Source: Octopus sinensis (taxonomy: Eukaryota). Taken from it: a stretch of DNA of 64,000 nucleotides. Positions 1-13,169 of the stretch are shown here, in pieces (positions within the stretch are counted from its first letter, which is position 1; every line of letters starts with the position of its first letter). The notes beneath the pieces were generated by a model. It saw nothing but the letters and a program-made list of their open reading frames with translations, did no database searches and had not been told where the DNA came from. The stretch is from positions 92,566,001 to 92,630,000 of the forward strand of contig NC_042997.1 of the NCBI RefSeq assembly GCF_006345805.1, given 5' to 3'. The translations under genes and the position numbers were made by a program.

Positions 1-942
1 ATTTATTATTAAATCTCAGAACGTAAAAGGCTACAGTAACAAGTAAATGTAATATTTGTTTCTGTCTATCACGCTGATAGATACATGAGTAAAATGTATG
101 GGAAGCTAACAGATAACAGTGAGTGAAAATGCTCTTGGAAGAGAGTAAATTAGCGACAGTGATTTGAGGAAGACTAAACTGAAACTATGAAACAGTGTTT
201 ATGTATAAACAGACGACACTTATATAAACCCTTTCGTTACCAAACCGCCCGAATTTACCTATTCATATTTAAATGAGAATATCAGAGTAAATCTCTTTAG
301 TACATTCGTGAAAACACGTATTATACTTCGTAAACACTTCAAATACAGTTTTGTACAAAAATCGAAGTGTAATTTTAATTCCGTGAATTATGGGAGATTT
401 TTTTCCGAAATTTGTTCCTATTGTGTCTTCAAAATTTGTAATTCTGACAAAAAATGGATACGAATTTCATATATCAAGCAGCGAGTCAGAATTCGAAGGA
501 TTTTCTACTGAAGACCTTCATAAATCTAACTCTATGACTGAAAAAAAAAGCATCTTTATTAAGAGTGAAGTGTGTGTCTGTCTCCTACGATTTAGATTCG
601 TAACTACTGCCACATTTTGCGGTGTGCAGTTTAACCAAAAGCGGGTATCTTATAGTCGTGATTCATATCGAGCCCTTCTGGGTATTAGCGCGCGTCTACG
701 ATGAGTCTACGATTTTAAAAAAATTTACCATCATATTTTTCCATTTTAATGCATTTTTTCGCTTTTATATAAGGAAGTACTCTCTAAAATATCTACGATG
801 TGTCAACGATTTAAAAAAAAATTACCTTCATTTTTTTTCAATTTTTAATGCATTTTTTGCTATTTTTTGGCTATAACTCTCTAAAAATGCTTATATAGTT
901 ATTTCCCTTACAAACCCGAGCAACGCCGGGCGATACTGCTAG
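1..942 (+). mobile_element. Non-autonomous Helitron-like element, 3' end (5' end not identified)
   Basis: GC hairpin CCCG-AGCAACGC-CGGG (915-930), then CTAG (939-942) and T: the canonical Helitron 3' terminus. Left boundary not determined. Confidence 0.6.
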
Positions 943-945
943 TTA

Positions 946-997
<52 letters not shown>

Positions 998-1039
998 GTG
1001 TGTATGTATGTGTGTGTGTGTGTGTATGTATATATATAT

Positions 1040-1240
1040 GTCGTGAAGTATATTTACCACCTAAATGTGGTGGACCCATAGTGGACGATGCTACTGTTGC
1101 TTATAGCCCCATGAAGACATCTCCTCCAGCTGGCTAACGACACACTGTCTGTGTCCGATTAGTATTTGCGAAGAGAAATCATCATTACCATCTCTAGCCT
1201 TAGAGAGGACAGCAAACGTTACAGCAAACATCTCAAGTCA
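1040..1240. repeat. Unclassified interspersed repeat (related pieces at ~3660-3700 and ~30790-30930)
   Basis: Shares GAAGACATCTC..GCTGGCTAACGACACAC..CCGATTAGTATTTGCGA with 30830-30890. AGAGGACAGCAAACGTT recurs reverse-complemented near 3675. Confidence 0.5.
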
Positions 1241-1273
1241 TATACATTATTATTATTATTATTATTATTATTC

Positions 1274-3482
1274 TATGTTTGACTTTTGCTTTATATTTGT
1301 ACAAGTTGGCTCCAAGTCTCACCCAGAGACCTCAAGAGACAACAGGGTTGGAAGTTCATGTTGTTGTTATGCCTAGTGTGCCATATATTTGGGGGGTGGG
1401 GATGTTGTACTAATGAATGTCTAAAAAAAAAAAAAGTTTTTTTTTTTTTTAAACCGAAAATTATAGTTGTTTTAAACCTTGAGTTACATAGAGAGTATTT
1501 TGCGTAGGATATGAGCAGTTCCATGAGCACTATCTTTTGAACTTCTGCCATTTTTGGGTTTCCTGGTATCTGAGTTAGGTAGCTATCAGCCCCTTTTGCT
1601 ATCTTCCCAGGGCACCTATGACAACAGGTATTGTTTAGTCTTCAGCTTCCACATTTTGCTGATTTCTATTTCAAGATCTTTATATTTGCTCAGTTTTGGT
1701 AGGTCCTGACAGATACGTTTATATCGATTGGGACAGTCATATCAATGAGGAGCATGTTCTTTGTTTGAAGTCTTTCAATATGATGTCTGGCCTATTTGCA
1801 TCTATCTTCCTGTCAGTTTGAATGGTGAAGTTCCAGAGGAGTGAGATGTGTCATTTCATTTCATTCAAGCACGGGGTGGTTTGTGTTCCCACCAGTTTTT
1901 TCATGGGGCAAATCCAGGTTTTTACAGATAACCCAGTGAATATATTGTGCAGCAGCTCTATCGTGCCTGTTGAGATACTCTGTAGGCGCTAGAAGACTGC
2001 ACTTGGAGACCACATGGTCAATGGTTTCATTTTGTTGCTTGCATACACGACACGTTGGACTGCTTCTGATCTTTAATATGTTGGCCTGGTAGTTTCTTGT
2101 TGGTAGGCATTGATCTTGAGCTGCTATGATAAACCCCTCTGTTTCAGATTTTAAGCCAAGGCCATTAGCCATTGATGGGTCAGGGCTTTTGTCGAATCTG
2201 CATTATTCGCTCTCTTTGGGTATTTGCCGTAGAGAGGTTTTTCTTGCCATTTATTATTCAGAATATCTAAGCCGCCGCAGTTTTGCACGGGTTTTCATGC
2301 GTCTAGCTTTTTCTGTGCTTGTTTCTGTATGTCTATCTCTAATTCCGAAATTGGTTGTATTCGGAATTCACTTAGATATTCCTTTGCCTGTTTTGTGACT
2401 GAGTATGATGCTTTCTTTGTTTTCATGTTTTGAGACAAGTTTTAACATCCAGTCCTCAGAGTTTTTCAGGTAGGTGTCTAGGCCAATTGTAGCAATCTCA
2501 TTGTTATTGCCAGTTGCAAAAGACCACGGCCTCCCTCTTTTCTTGGCAGATAGAGTCGTTCTGTATCTGCCTTAGGGTGGTGCATTCTATGCATTGTCAA
2601 CAGTTTCCTTTTTTTCTGTCGAGCTGACATATTTCAGTAATTGACCAGTTAACAATATTGAAACTGTAAGTCACGACTGGTATAGCTAATGCATTGATTG
2701 CTTCGATCCTGTTTCTTGCATTCAGCTCTGTCTTGAGTATTGCTCTCACTCTTCGATAGCATTCTCTCTGATCCTTTCCTTCATCTCTGAATGCCTTATT
2801 CCGTTCCCTTCAATTACCCCTAGGTACTTGTAGCTCTCCGCTGGGTCTAGTTCTTTTATGACATTCTGTTGGTCAAGGTTAACGTTAGATGTTTCTGTCA
2901 TTTTTCCTTTGATAAAGGTAGCCTTTGCACATTTATCGAGGCCGAATTGCATTCTGATGTCGTCACTGAATTGTTTGACTATCGCTAGTAAGCCCTTGAG
3001 TTGTTGATCATTTTTTGCAAAAAGCTTTAAATCATCCATGTAAACGAGATGATTTATATTTTTATCAAACATTTTATACCCGTACTGCGCGTCATTGAGC
3101 AGCTTTGAGAGAGGTATTAAGGATAAACAAAAGAGGAGTGGTGACAGTGAGTCACCCTGGAAAATGCCACACGAATTTTTACATCACCAGCATTTAGGGA
3201 TTCACTGTCACTGTTCAGAGTTAGTGTGGTTCTCCATGATCTCATCCTTACAGTCAAGAAGTTTCGCAGAGTTGGTGCTATCTTATACATTTCAAGGCAT
3301 TTCCTAATCCAGCTATGTGGTAGGCTATCAAAAGCCTTTTTATAGTCTATCCAGGCTATTGATAAGTTTTTGTGTCGTTTGTGACAATCTTCTAAGATCA
3401 TCTTATTGATGAGTAGTTGGTCTTTACAGCCGTAGGATCCACGTTTACATCCTTTCTGTTCATTAGGGAATATGCTGCTGTC

Positions 3483-3484
<2 letters not shown>
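1274..3484 (-). mobile_element. R4/Dong-clade non-LTR retrotransposon (RT + RLE), 5'-truncated, frameshifted
   Basis: Minus-strand peptides [85 protein letters not shown] (CCHC) and RHD. The 3' UTR matches the copy at 60554-61763. (TTA)n on both sides. Confidence 0.92.
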
Positions 3485-3539
<55 letters not shown>

Positions 3540-3540
3540 T

Positions 3541-3629
3541 GGAAAAAATTCAAATTCTTACAGCTGTTTCTGGGATGTCCCAGTGTATGGGATATACAAG
3601 AAACAGCTGTAAGATTTTGAATTCTTTCC
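3541..3629. repeat. 89-bp near-perfect hairpin between (TTA)n and (TAA)n
   Basis: 3541-3571 is the reverse complement of 3599-3629 with 2 mismatches; inner stem ATGTCCCA/TGGGATAT. Confidence 0.85.
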
Positions 3630-3864
3630 AATAATAATAATAATAATAATGTATATGACTTGGGACGTTTACCTTAACGTTTGCTGTCCTCTTTAACAAT
3701 TATATATCCGCTATATCGGAAATCTGCAATGGCTCCATAACTACCGTCTCAGGTACGACCTTGGAGATCTAGTAATCTGTTACAGCACATACCTAGCGTA
3801 GATAATCGTTTAGATCACCTATGAACTAAAACCCCATACTTTGTGTGTGCGTGTGTGTGTGTTT

Positions 3865-3908
<44 letters not shown>

Positions 3909-4077
3909 ATATATATTATATAATATATGTACGTATATACACGCTCACATACACACGCATACACACTCATACACACATATCAGTGTACATGCGTGCGCGA
4001 GTGCAAACGTGCGTACACACATTTAAATGTGTTTATGTCAAATTATATGCAAAAGGAATTTAATATCAAGCGGAAGG

Positions 4078-4300
4078 AAGGTGGCACGCTGGCAGAATCG
4101 TTAGGTGTGCGGAGCAAAACGATTAGCGGCATTTCGTCCGTCTTTAAATTCTGAATACAGATTTCGCCGAGGTCGACTTTGTCATTCGTCCTTTCGGGGT
4201 CGATAAACTAAGTACCAATTGAGCACTGGGATCGATGTAATGGACTTACCTACCTCCACACCTCCGTAATTGCTGGCATTGTGCCAAAATTGGAAAACAG
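4078..4300 (+). mobile_element. tRNA-derived SINE family A
   Basis: GCTGGCAGAATCGTTAG head; body GTCGACTTTG..TTTCGGGGTCGATAAA..AAGTACC; more than 20 copies in the window. Confidence 0.8.
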
Positions 4301-4690
4301 ATAGATAACTCAATGCATTTTCGTGGAGTAGCTGTGTATGTGTATGTGTTTGCGTGTATAAATATTTTTTCAACTAATCATATGTCGCAGAAATATAGCA
4401 GAACAAAAGGAAAATGTAAATAGATAGTTGAATATGCTAAATGCTTACTGTCTCATATTGCCACTCTCACCCTGCTACACGACCTATCCATTTCTGGTGT
4501 TGTGGGGTTTCTTGGCTTATGAGCTGTAGTGCATGCTTCTTAGCGAAGGAGTATCTTCCGGATATTGAATATCTGGCTGAGACATAATTACCCTGTCCCT
4601 CGATATGTCTTCCTCTTTTCCCTTCACACGCACACATACACAGAGACACGCGCACATATTATCATATGCATTAACACTCACACACACACA

Positions 4691-4738
<48 letters not shown>

Positions 4739-4862
4739 AAACACACACACACACACACAGACGCGAGCGCAAATATATACATACATATATGTGCGTATAT
4801 GTATGTATGTATATATTTGTGTGTGTGTGTATGTGTGTATATATATACATATGTGTGTGTAT

Positions 4863-4898
<36 letters not shown>

Positions 4899-6569
4899 GC
4901 GTGTGTGATTGTGTATGTATGTATTTCAGTTTCAGGCACATACACACATACACACAACTTATAGACGCACGCACACACACAGCTATCAAACCTATTTAAG
5001 CGATGGTTAAGGATGTAGAGCAGCTGCGAAATGGTCGGGTGCCAAATAGATGTGCTTACATGCTTGGTTACACACATGCATAGCGAGCCGGCTTATAGTG
5101 GGTTGACACAGATCATTTCTCTTGGGTGGAGCAAGTTAATATGAAGCAATCATACAAATTATGAAAAACAAAAAACAAAAAACTAAGTATTTAAAAATAA
5201 GAAAGAACGGAGAAATGACCCCAAAAGCTAATGAAAGATTACAAATATGAAATGGTGAGCCAACAAGAAGCTTTTGCTTGGTCGCTCGGCCTACAAGCAA
5301 TACAAAACGAATAGCCATTAAATCACATTTTACAGTCTTAATTAAAGAAAATTAGGTTGGTCACTCTTGTCTCTCATATACAAAAAGACGGGACTGTCAC
5401 GGCTGGAATGTTTTGAATCATAGGTCTCCTTGATAAGGGCTGACTGGAATGGATATAGCAATAACAACCAAATGTTAATTTTAAAATTTGAAAGCCACTC
5501 TGTGGTCGAGTATTGATTGTCCTCTTTATATTAAGGATACCAAAAAGCAATATATTTTGAAGCAAATAGTCTGACGTCATGTCACAAATAGTTTACAAGC
5601 CAATAAAAGGGTGCCCTTGCAATCAACAAATCAACATAGAGTCAATGACCAAACTTTTATGTGGACATGCGCTGCGTGTGTATATGCTCTACCTTATAGC
5701 TAATGGTAGACTAGGACTTCAAGACAACATTGACAACTAAAATGTTAAATGTAGAATCAAGTTTTATACATTAAAAATTTGGAGACACAGAGGTGCCGAG
5801 CTGTAATTCTCCTCTTTATATAATTCTCTTCTCTAAAATATGGAAGATAAATAACAAAAGAAAACAATATCTCGAGTTTTGAGAAATTTCAGTTACCAAT
5901 TAAGTAATGAATCCATTTGATCAGCATTATCCTTCTCCGCAATATCATTGCGTCCGTGTTAAACATTTAAATCTATTTTGAATCATAATAACTCATAAAC
6001 GTTCAATTTAGAATCCCATAATATAACTCACTCGAGTTTTTTGCTCTTTATGGAACATGGGCCATCGACGACTTTGCTGTTCTCGCTTCTGCGCTGTATT
6101 TTCTTTCATGTCTAGTTAGTTTTGAATTGCCATAGATGATTCTGTAACTTTGCTTTTTCTAACCCTAACCCTAACCTTATGCAAACCTATTGTTATCTCT
6201 AGGAGAAGGTAGTCCATATTAATCTGGCTTCTATGCTTTGACTGGTGCAGCATGGGAGACCCAGCCAGAAGCTTGTGCTCCGCTGACATTGCTTTCAGGG
6301 TCATTGAAGCACATAAACTACCACACCACAACATATTCTATGAAAGTATAAAATGTGAAAACACCACAAGGACTGAACATTGTAATAGTTTTACATTTTA
6401 TACTTTCATAGAACTTTGTTGATACCGTCACTCATCGTTATTTTGTTGAACATCTTGCAGATTTGTACTTTGTTGCTGATGAAGAGATAAAGTACTGAGA
6501 CCCTGTCAATATGGATAACAATAGTTTAGTTAGTGTGATAAAATTAATAGTTTTTAAATGATTTTGTCA

Positions 6570-6999
6570 GATTCGGCAACAACTGCATGATACGGAATGT
6601 AGTGTACAAATGAGAGGTGAAGGCAATAAGCAGAAATAACTGTACATTGGTAGTACCGCAGATACCATGTAAAATCGTTTCAGAAACCATCTCTCGTCGT
6701 TTTCCAATATAAATAAAAGACGCTCCACATCTCTGTCGAACCTCATCTGGAGGCTAAAACAGCAAAGAGTAGAATACACAACCCACTGATCCATTATAAA
6801 AAAAAATGCACCATATAACGGAACTTCACGAGTATGTAACATATGCCTTGAAGAAACTCTGGAAATAATCCCATCCAGGGAAAATGTGATAAATAGACAC
6901 TCTGAGATGGTTATGTCATGTAAGCATAGGAACAAAATATCATTCATGGAATTTGAAAAAGAGTATTTTCAAAAGAAGGAAAAAATTATAGAACAATGA
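6570..6999 (+). pseudogene. Penelope-like element GIY-YIG endonuclease relic
   Basis: Manual translation: C-M-I-R-N-V-V-Y-K, frameshift, YIGSTADTM*NRFRNHLSSF..STSLSNLIWRLK..*SII..APY..CNICLEE..INRHSEMVMSCKHRNK. This is the layout of PLE C-terminal GIY-YIG domains; several stops. Confidence 0.75.
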
Positions 7000-7624
7000 A
7001 GGAACCCAAACAAATAAACAAAAATATCAATGTTTAAAATGATACACACTATAACAGCAGAAACAGGAAAAGTCACCATAAGAGGGGTGGTATTGATCAA
7101 TTCGGTCAGCAAACCCCACTATATAGCTGCTGACCACCTTTTGGGTTCAGAATTTATTAAGGAGAGTCACGGCTGGAATGAAATAGAACAAAGGAATGTA
7201 CTGCCATCCTTAAATCTGATGAATGAACGACCATCCTTAAAATCTGCAGAATGAATATCAAATAAATTCACCACCTCTACACACACCGCCATCCCATATT
7301 GCTACCATTCCTTCCTTTACTTCCATCACCTACCTCCCCCTACCAAGTACATACTGAAATACCCACGTAGCTAGATTGGCCTTCCTACTGGCAAGAAAGG
7401 ATAAACATCCCTCTGTGATTCATTCACTAATGCAGTATCGCCTGATGAATTGAATCAATGATGATGATCAACCGGTTACCCACGGATAATACGGACTATA
7501 CTGTACTAATCCCAAGGATACGGACTCTGATGTTAAAATCATGTGATTTGTGGAAACCCTCGTAGCGATGTATTAAATATTTATAAATTCCACCCTAGAA
7601 TAAACTCTCCCGTCGAAGACGACG

Positions 7625-7860
7625 TATGAGTGTTCAGCTTTTGCCGAACGACCTGTACAAATGATTTGTTTATAGTGATCAAATACATGTGCTGTACATT
7701 AGCTCACTCCCACCATCAAATCGATGTTACCTGAGCAGGTGCACAGTGATCACAGAGCAACGTCAAATGAAGTGTTTAGCTCGAGAAAACAAGTGTAAAC
7801 AATAGGAATCGAAACCATGATATCGCGATCGTCAGTGCAACGCCCTAGCCACTAGGTCAT
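7625..7860 (-). mobile_element. tRNA-derived SINE (family C-like), degenerate
   Basis: On the minus strand: tRNA-like head (GTGGCTAGGG..GGTTTCGATTCC) followed by a TTGAGC/AAACACTTCATTT-type core like the copies at 32800 and 51980. Confidence 0.5.
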
Positions 7861-8418
7861 ATTCAAATATTAGCAGGTATTTCTTAAGGTCATAATGAAC
7901 CAATTCTTGTAATGTAACGAAAACAAATATTCAATTCTTCATAGCCAGAAGCTCAAATGACAGCTTCAAGTTCACTGAGACACATTTTCTACACTGTACT
8001 ATAGTAACAAACTAATGATGCTTTCATTCGCAAACCGAACAAAAACACTTCTTAAAAAACTATATATTTTCTATTCAGATCTGATATAAATCTCGTTGGA
8101 AAAGCAACAATCATAAATAGAACTGATGAAGCTCTACTGATAAAGCCGTTGTTGTCTAACATGGTTGCTTATAAACTTGATTGCACTACAACAATACTGA
8201 TTGCCACTTTACATTCTGCTATACAGAAAATACCCCTGACGGAGTTCAAAGTAACAGCGAAATTCCTGTCCGTTGTTAAATTCTCTTAAACACTGTTTCG
8301 CGAACATAAAAGATATAAAAACCTAATGCCTGTCATTTTTGCTGGTTTCAGATACAATCTGCTGTGTGCGTGTGTATATATATATATACACATATATGCA
8401 TATACATACATACATACA

Positions 8419-8452
<34 letters not shown>

Positions 8453-8550
8453 CATATCTATGTATGTGTGTGTGTGTGCATGTATGTAAATCTATATGTA
8501 TTTATATGTTTGTATGCTTAGATACACACATACATACACAATATATATAT

Positions 8551-8636
<86 letters not shown>

Positions 8637-8829
8637 CATACATACATACATACGCGCATAATATATATATATAGAAAGATGAATAATCTTGTTGCAGATT
8701 AATCAAAAGTTTAACCGATACCTTGGTAGCAAAAATCACAGCAGAAGAAAGCACGGTTGGAGGTACAACCATATGGTGTTGCAACCGTGCGTTGGTGCGG
8801 ATAATTGAATTTTAATATTATTAGTGAAT

Positions 8830-8993
8830 TGAAGAAATGGAGTTGAACGAAGATTGAACAGAAATCCTTTTATTGCATTCTACACGTGTTTCGAAAGCCA
8901 CAATTTACCAAATTCCGATTGAATAAGGAGACCATATTGTGTCTTTCTCTTCAGGAAGAAATAGGAATTCCGTTGGCAGAACAAAAACAGAAC

Positions 8994-8995
<2 letters not shown>
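8830..8995 (-). mobile_element. Hammerhead-containing non-coding element, single arm (relative of the 46231-46732 family)
   Basis: Shares GAAAGAATGGAGTTGAACGA-type end and HHR with 46231-46360; abuts (TA)n on the right. Confidence 0.75.
8878..8957 (-). ncRNA. Type-I hammerhead ribozyme motif (CUGAAGA core, GUA site)
   Basis: Minus strand: UUC-CUGAAGA-[GAAAGAC ACAAU...AUUGU GGCUUUC]-GAAA-CACGUG-UA-GAA. Stem I 3 bp; palindromic stem III ACACGUGU. Confidence 0.75.
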
Positions 8996-9038
<43 letters not shown>

Positions 9039-9060
9039 TACATATGCACACACGAGTACA

Positions 9061-10682
9061 CGAGGTGTGTTCCAGAAGGTTTGAGTTGAGACATTTTTTT
9101 TTAGGAATGGCTGTTATAACTGTTCTAGATTATGGTAATTTTACTATATATCTAAAGCTATCATGCTGGTAGAATTATTAGGACGCCGGGAAAAATGTTT
9201 GGCGGCATCTCGTCTGTCTTTACGTTCTGAGTTCATATTCCACTGAGGTCGACTTTGCCTTTTATCCTCACGAGGTCGATAAAATAAGTACCAGTTGAAG
9301 ACTGGGGTCGATGTAATCGACTAGCACCTTCCCCCAAAATTAACCTCATGTCAAAATTTGAAACCATTATTAATATACATCTAATAAGCTCACTGGTCAA
9401 ATTTTGTAATTCCATTTTTAAGGAGACAACTGTAACAGCACTTTGAGCATACTCTACTAAATACTACTTATCACAGCTAACTAGTTTGCTGAATGCTGTC
9501 GGGACTTGAAGACAGTTTGGAAACTCATAATGCAATAGTTTTGTGTAAAACTGAGCAGAAATGCCACAAAAATTTATGAAATCTTCCAGACTTCTTATAG
9601 ATTAACTTGCATGAGCCTAACATATTTTTGCTGCTGGTACACGATGCCAGGCAAATCAAATCCATCGAGAAGCTCATCATGATCCTCCCTTTTCGAAAGA
9701 AAGAGCATCATTATGAGTAAAACATAATGAGATAGGTTGAAGAACGGTACGTATTTAAAATTGTGGGAAAAACTACAACTGAAAGAAAGCACATGAACAT
9801 TGTAAATTATTGTAAACAAAAAGAAGAAATAATGTAAACTGAATTGATGAACAAACAAGTATTTAAAATAAAAAAAAAAAGTTACCTTTTTGTTGAAAAA
9901 AGAACACATATGAACGTTCATTTTAAAGGCAGGAAATGAAAGGAAAGGTCACGGTTTCGCATTGTAGCGAAACTAGAGGTGGTTTTAAGTTTAGTTGTAA
10001 AGTGTATTTGTAAAGTTAACTGTAAGGTTTAATCGTAAAGTTTATTTGTAAAGTTTAATTGTAAAGGTATTCACGGTTTGTCTCACTGTGGGGGCGAGAT
10101 GGCAGTCTCATTTACATCATAATTATGTTCATTTCATTATCATTTTCCATTCGTCTTTATGTCCCTGCATGTCAGTTGTATGTCCCCTCTGTATTCAGGC
10201 CTTGTGCCTATAATAAAGAGAAAGGGCATCACTTACATCCACCTGGTCCCCTCTCACCAGACGGTCGACAAAAAGTGCTTTTTGGTAGCTTTGAGGGAAT
10301 TCAGGAAGAGATTTCGTCGCAAAAAGCCAGTACACCAGCACCAGGACAATGTACCTGGCCGTACTTTGATCCCGGTAACTAATTACTTGACAGAGGTGGG
10401 CATCAAAACTTCCCTACAGTCCTGACTTTGTTTCCTGTGACTTTTGGTTGTTTCCCAAGCTGGAGGAGAACCTCGGGAACAGTCGTTTTGAAGATATTGG
10501 GGAAATGAGGAGGTTGTGACAAGGCTTCTGTACACATCCATTTCGGAGGACAACCTTGGGTGCCTTCACGAAATAGCTGGAGCACTACAAGCAGTGCACT
10601 GAAGTCAGAGGATCGTACTTTGAAGGATATTAGTTTTGTACTTCTTTGAAATTAATAACCTCAAAATTCTGGAATGTGCTTG
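9061..10682 (+). mobile_element. Decayed mariner transposon with a nested SINE
   Basis: Degenerate TIRs (CGAGGTGTGTTCCAGAAGGTTTGAG / CTCAAAATTCTGGAATGTGCTTG). Peptide relics FCVKL..NAT..YE (~9540), HQDN, and S(P)D-L-x-x-C-D-F-W-L-F-P-K-L (~10420-10460). Confidence 0.6.
9165..9365 (+). mobile_element. SINE family A
   Basis: Same head and GTCGACTTTGCCTTT..AAGTACCAGT body. Confidence 0.75.
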
Positions 10683-11783
10683 TATAGCTTAATGCTATGC
10701 CTGGACGTATTTTAAGAACGTATTTTGTAATAAATTTCAAAAGAACATTATTTCGACGATGAGTGTTGCATGTCTTTCGAAGCCTCTGCATTTATAGATC
10801 TGCATTCAATTGTTCTTCAAGAGCTTTGATGCAAAATGAATGACTGAGTTTCTATAGAAAACGTCCGTTTTCTTTATTTGCCCATTTGTTTATTTAGATG
10901 TGTCTTGTCCATGCTTAAACTTTGACTTTGAATTCCGCCCTAACATCTAGGACAGTGCTGACGTTACACACACACGTACACACGCACACACACACACACA
11001 TCCTATGGCCAAGAGTATGCCGTGTTCAAAAACAATATTCCTAGAACTTGTAATTAGAAAACCACGGTGATCCGTCTATTTGTTTACTTATTTCAGTTTA
11101 TAACTACACGACTTTCCTACGCCTCAAAACATGCAGAGAGCCTTATAAGCTGATGGCATCACATACTCACTATTCTGCTCATACAAGCACAGCTAATCCG
11201 GTGGAGCATCAATCAGTAAGAAACTTGGCTCCAACAACCTTAGAATAATAGCGACCAAATTTATGGTTTAGTAAATAATCAATTTTTAGACTCCAAGAGT
11301 GCTGTAAAGCATACTTAATCTTTGGTTTGGATTCACAACTGTACTAATTCCACTTTTCTTACATTCAAAATATAAATGGAAAACGCATGAATACTACATC
11401 GGTTCATTTCCTTTCCATCACACACATTTTGAACTCTTCGAAATCTGCAGCTATTCTAAATTAATTTTATTAAGTCGATAAATTCCTTCCCAACAGAATT
11501 TAGTTTTATTATGACAAATGTTCTGTTGCAGAAGATTTAACCATTTTTTAAAACCATTCCTGTCAATTTCAATAACACACAATGGGAGCTTTGAAGCTTG
11601 GTCTATTTCATTCACAGACTGTCGAACTATTTGGAGATTTGCCAACGGAGTTATAGAGGTCACGTTTATATGTCCGTTTATATAAAATGAAAATTTATTG
11701 GTTTTGTATGGCTGAAATATTAATGTTATTGAATAATGCAGTTGGCTATGCTAGTGTCAAATAGACGCACTACAGTAAATTGC

Positions 11784-11824
<41 letters not shown>

Positions 11825-13169
11825 CACACACACACACACACACACAAACACACATACACAAAACGTAACAAACAATTGAGCTAACAGACTATACTGAGGA
11901 TATTCTATCTATAAAGAAAGGTAGGTAAGAACAACATTAATTGTTTCAATGTTAGCACCATAAACTCTACCATTTATAAGCATGAATAACATACACCCTT
12001 AATAAAACTTGAATAAAACACGCATACATATGTATTTACACACATGCATAGATTCATAAATGCATCATCTATTGCCAGACATTCAAGTCAATAACATAAC
12101 TACTCGCATTGGTAAGTATTCGTTTTCGAGTGATGCACTTAATTGACTTATACACGTAACCAGTAGGGACTAACTTTTCCGTGTGCACTCATGCGAGCGA
12201 TTACGCTAGTTATTTAAAACAAACGTATTACAAAAGACCATCCAACTATGTGATATCTATTTACAATAGAAGTAATTGGACCATTAAGAGTTAAGTACGT
12301 TGGCAACGAGCCTGTTATAAAGCCTATGGTTGAACTGGGCCGGTGATTTACCGATACCGTATTAACTCGCATGTACAACTAATAAATTCTAAAATAGCAA
12401 CAAGCTCAGAAATGTTGATATAGGAAATAACATATTGATGCCAATACGCCAAAATTTTGATTGGAACTTAATTTTTTTTTATTCTATCCATTCCGAACGG
12501 GCAACAAATTTAACCATGACGAATGTAAATCCAGAGAGTAATTAGCTGGAACAAACACTGCATATGTCAATTGTTCTGGCTCTTTGCGATTATACATATA
12601 CAAATGATGACATACAAATTATTATCGAGAATTAGACCGTTAGACAACACATACCGACAAAATTCCTTCCACACACCATTATTATTATAAGAATAAATCT
12701 AAAAGCAAAACCAAAATCTAAAAACAAAAAAGCCTTCATTAAATGTATTCTTTAATTACCTCGGACAGAGTAGCATATTTTTGAGTGAAACTGTGGAAGC
12801 CCATAATGTATGTATGTATGTATGTATGTATGTATGTATGTATGTATGTATGTATGTATGTATGTATGTATGTATCTATGTATGCATGCAATCATGCATG
12901 CATGTATGTATGTATGTATGTATGTATGTATGTATGTATGTATGTATGTATGTCATTATGCAGTTTTATTTTATTTTAAGATTTCTTGCCTATAGAGAAA
13001 GAACCAGTTTCTAATCCTGATCCAAGGCTCATTCAATGGAATTTCAACAACATCAATAGGATATTTTTTGCATGTATGTGTAGTTGGTGTCTGTTCACGT
13101 GCAGATTTGTATGCTTTGTTTTATGTATGTATTCTCATGCATATAGTTATATGTCTAGACATGCGCATA

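Noticed and set aside
4517-5077. Long ORFs rich in Y/I/C/V/H/T (also 46869-47479, 50505-51099, 51355-51863 and others)
   Set aside because: Translations of dinucleotide and tetranucleotide microsatellites; no coding signal.
6158-6178. (CTAACC)n telomere-like repeat
   Set aside because: Only about three units; too short to call an interstitial telomere.
6605-6620. In-frame TGA in the PLE endonuclease (VYK*EV) as possible selenocysteine, as reported for some Naiad PLEs
   Set aside because: The same relic has a frameshift, a TAA stop and another TGA (probably from Trp), so decay explains it. Only a family consensus retaining TGA plus a SECIS would support it.
11451-11690. Open frames on both strands near a TTGCAG acceptor-like site
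   Set aside because: No recognisable protein similarity and no supporting donor site.
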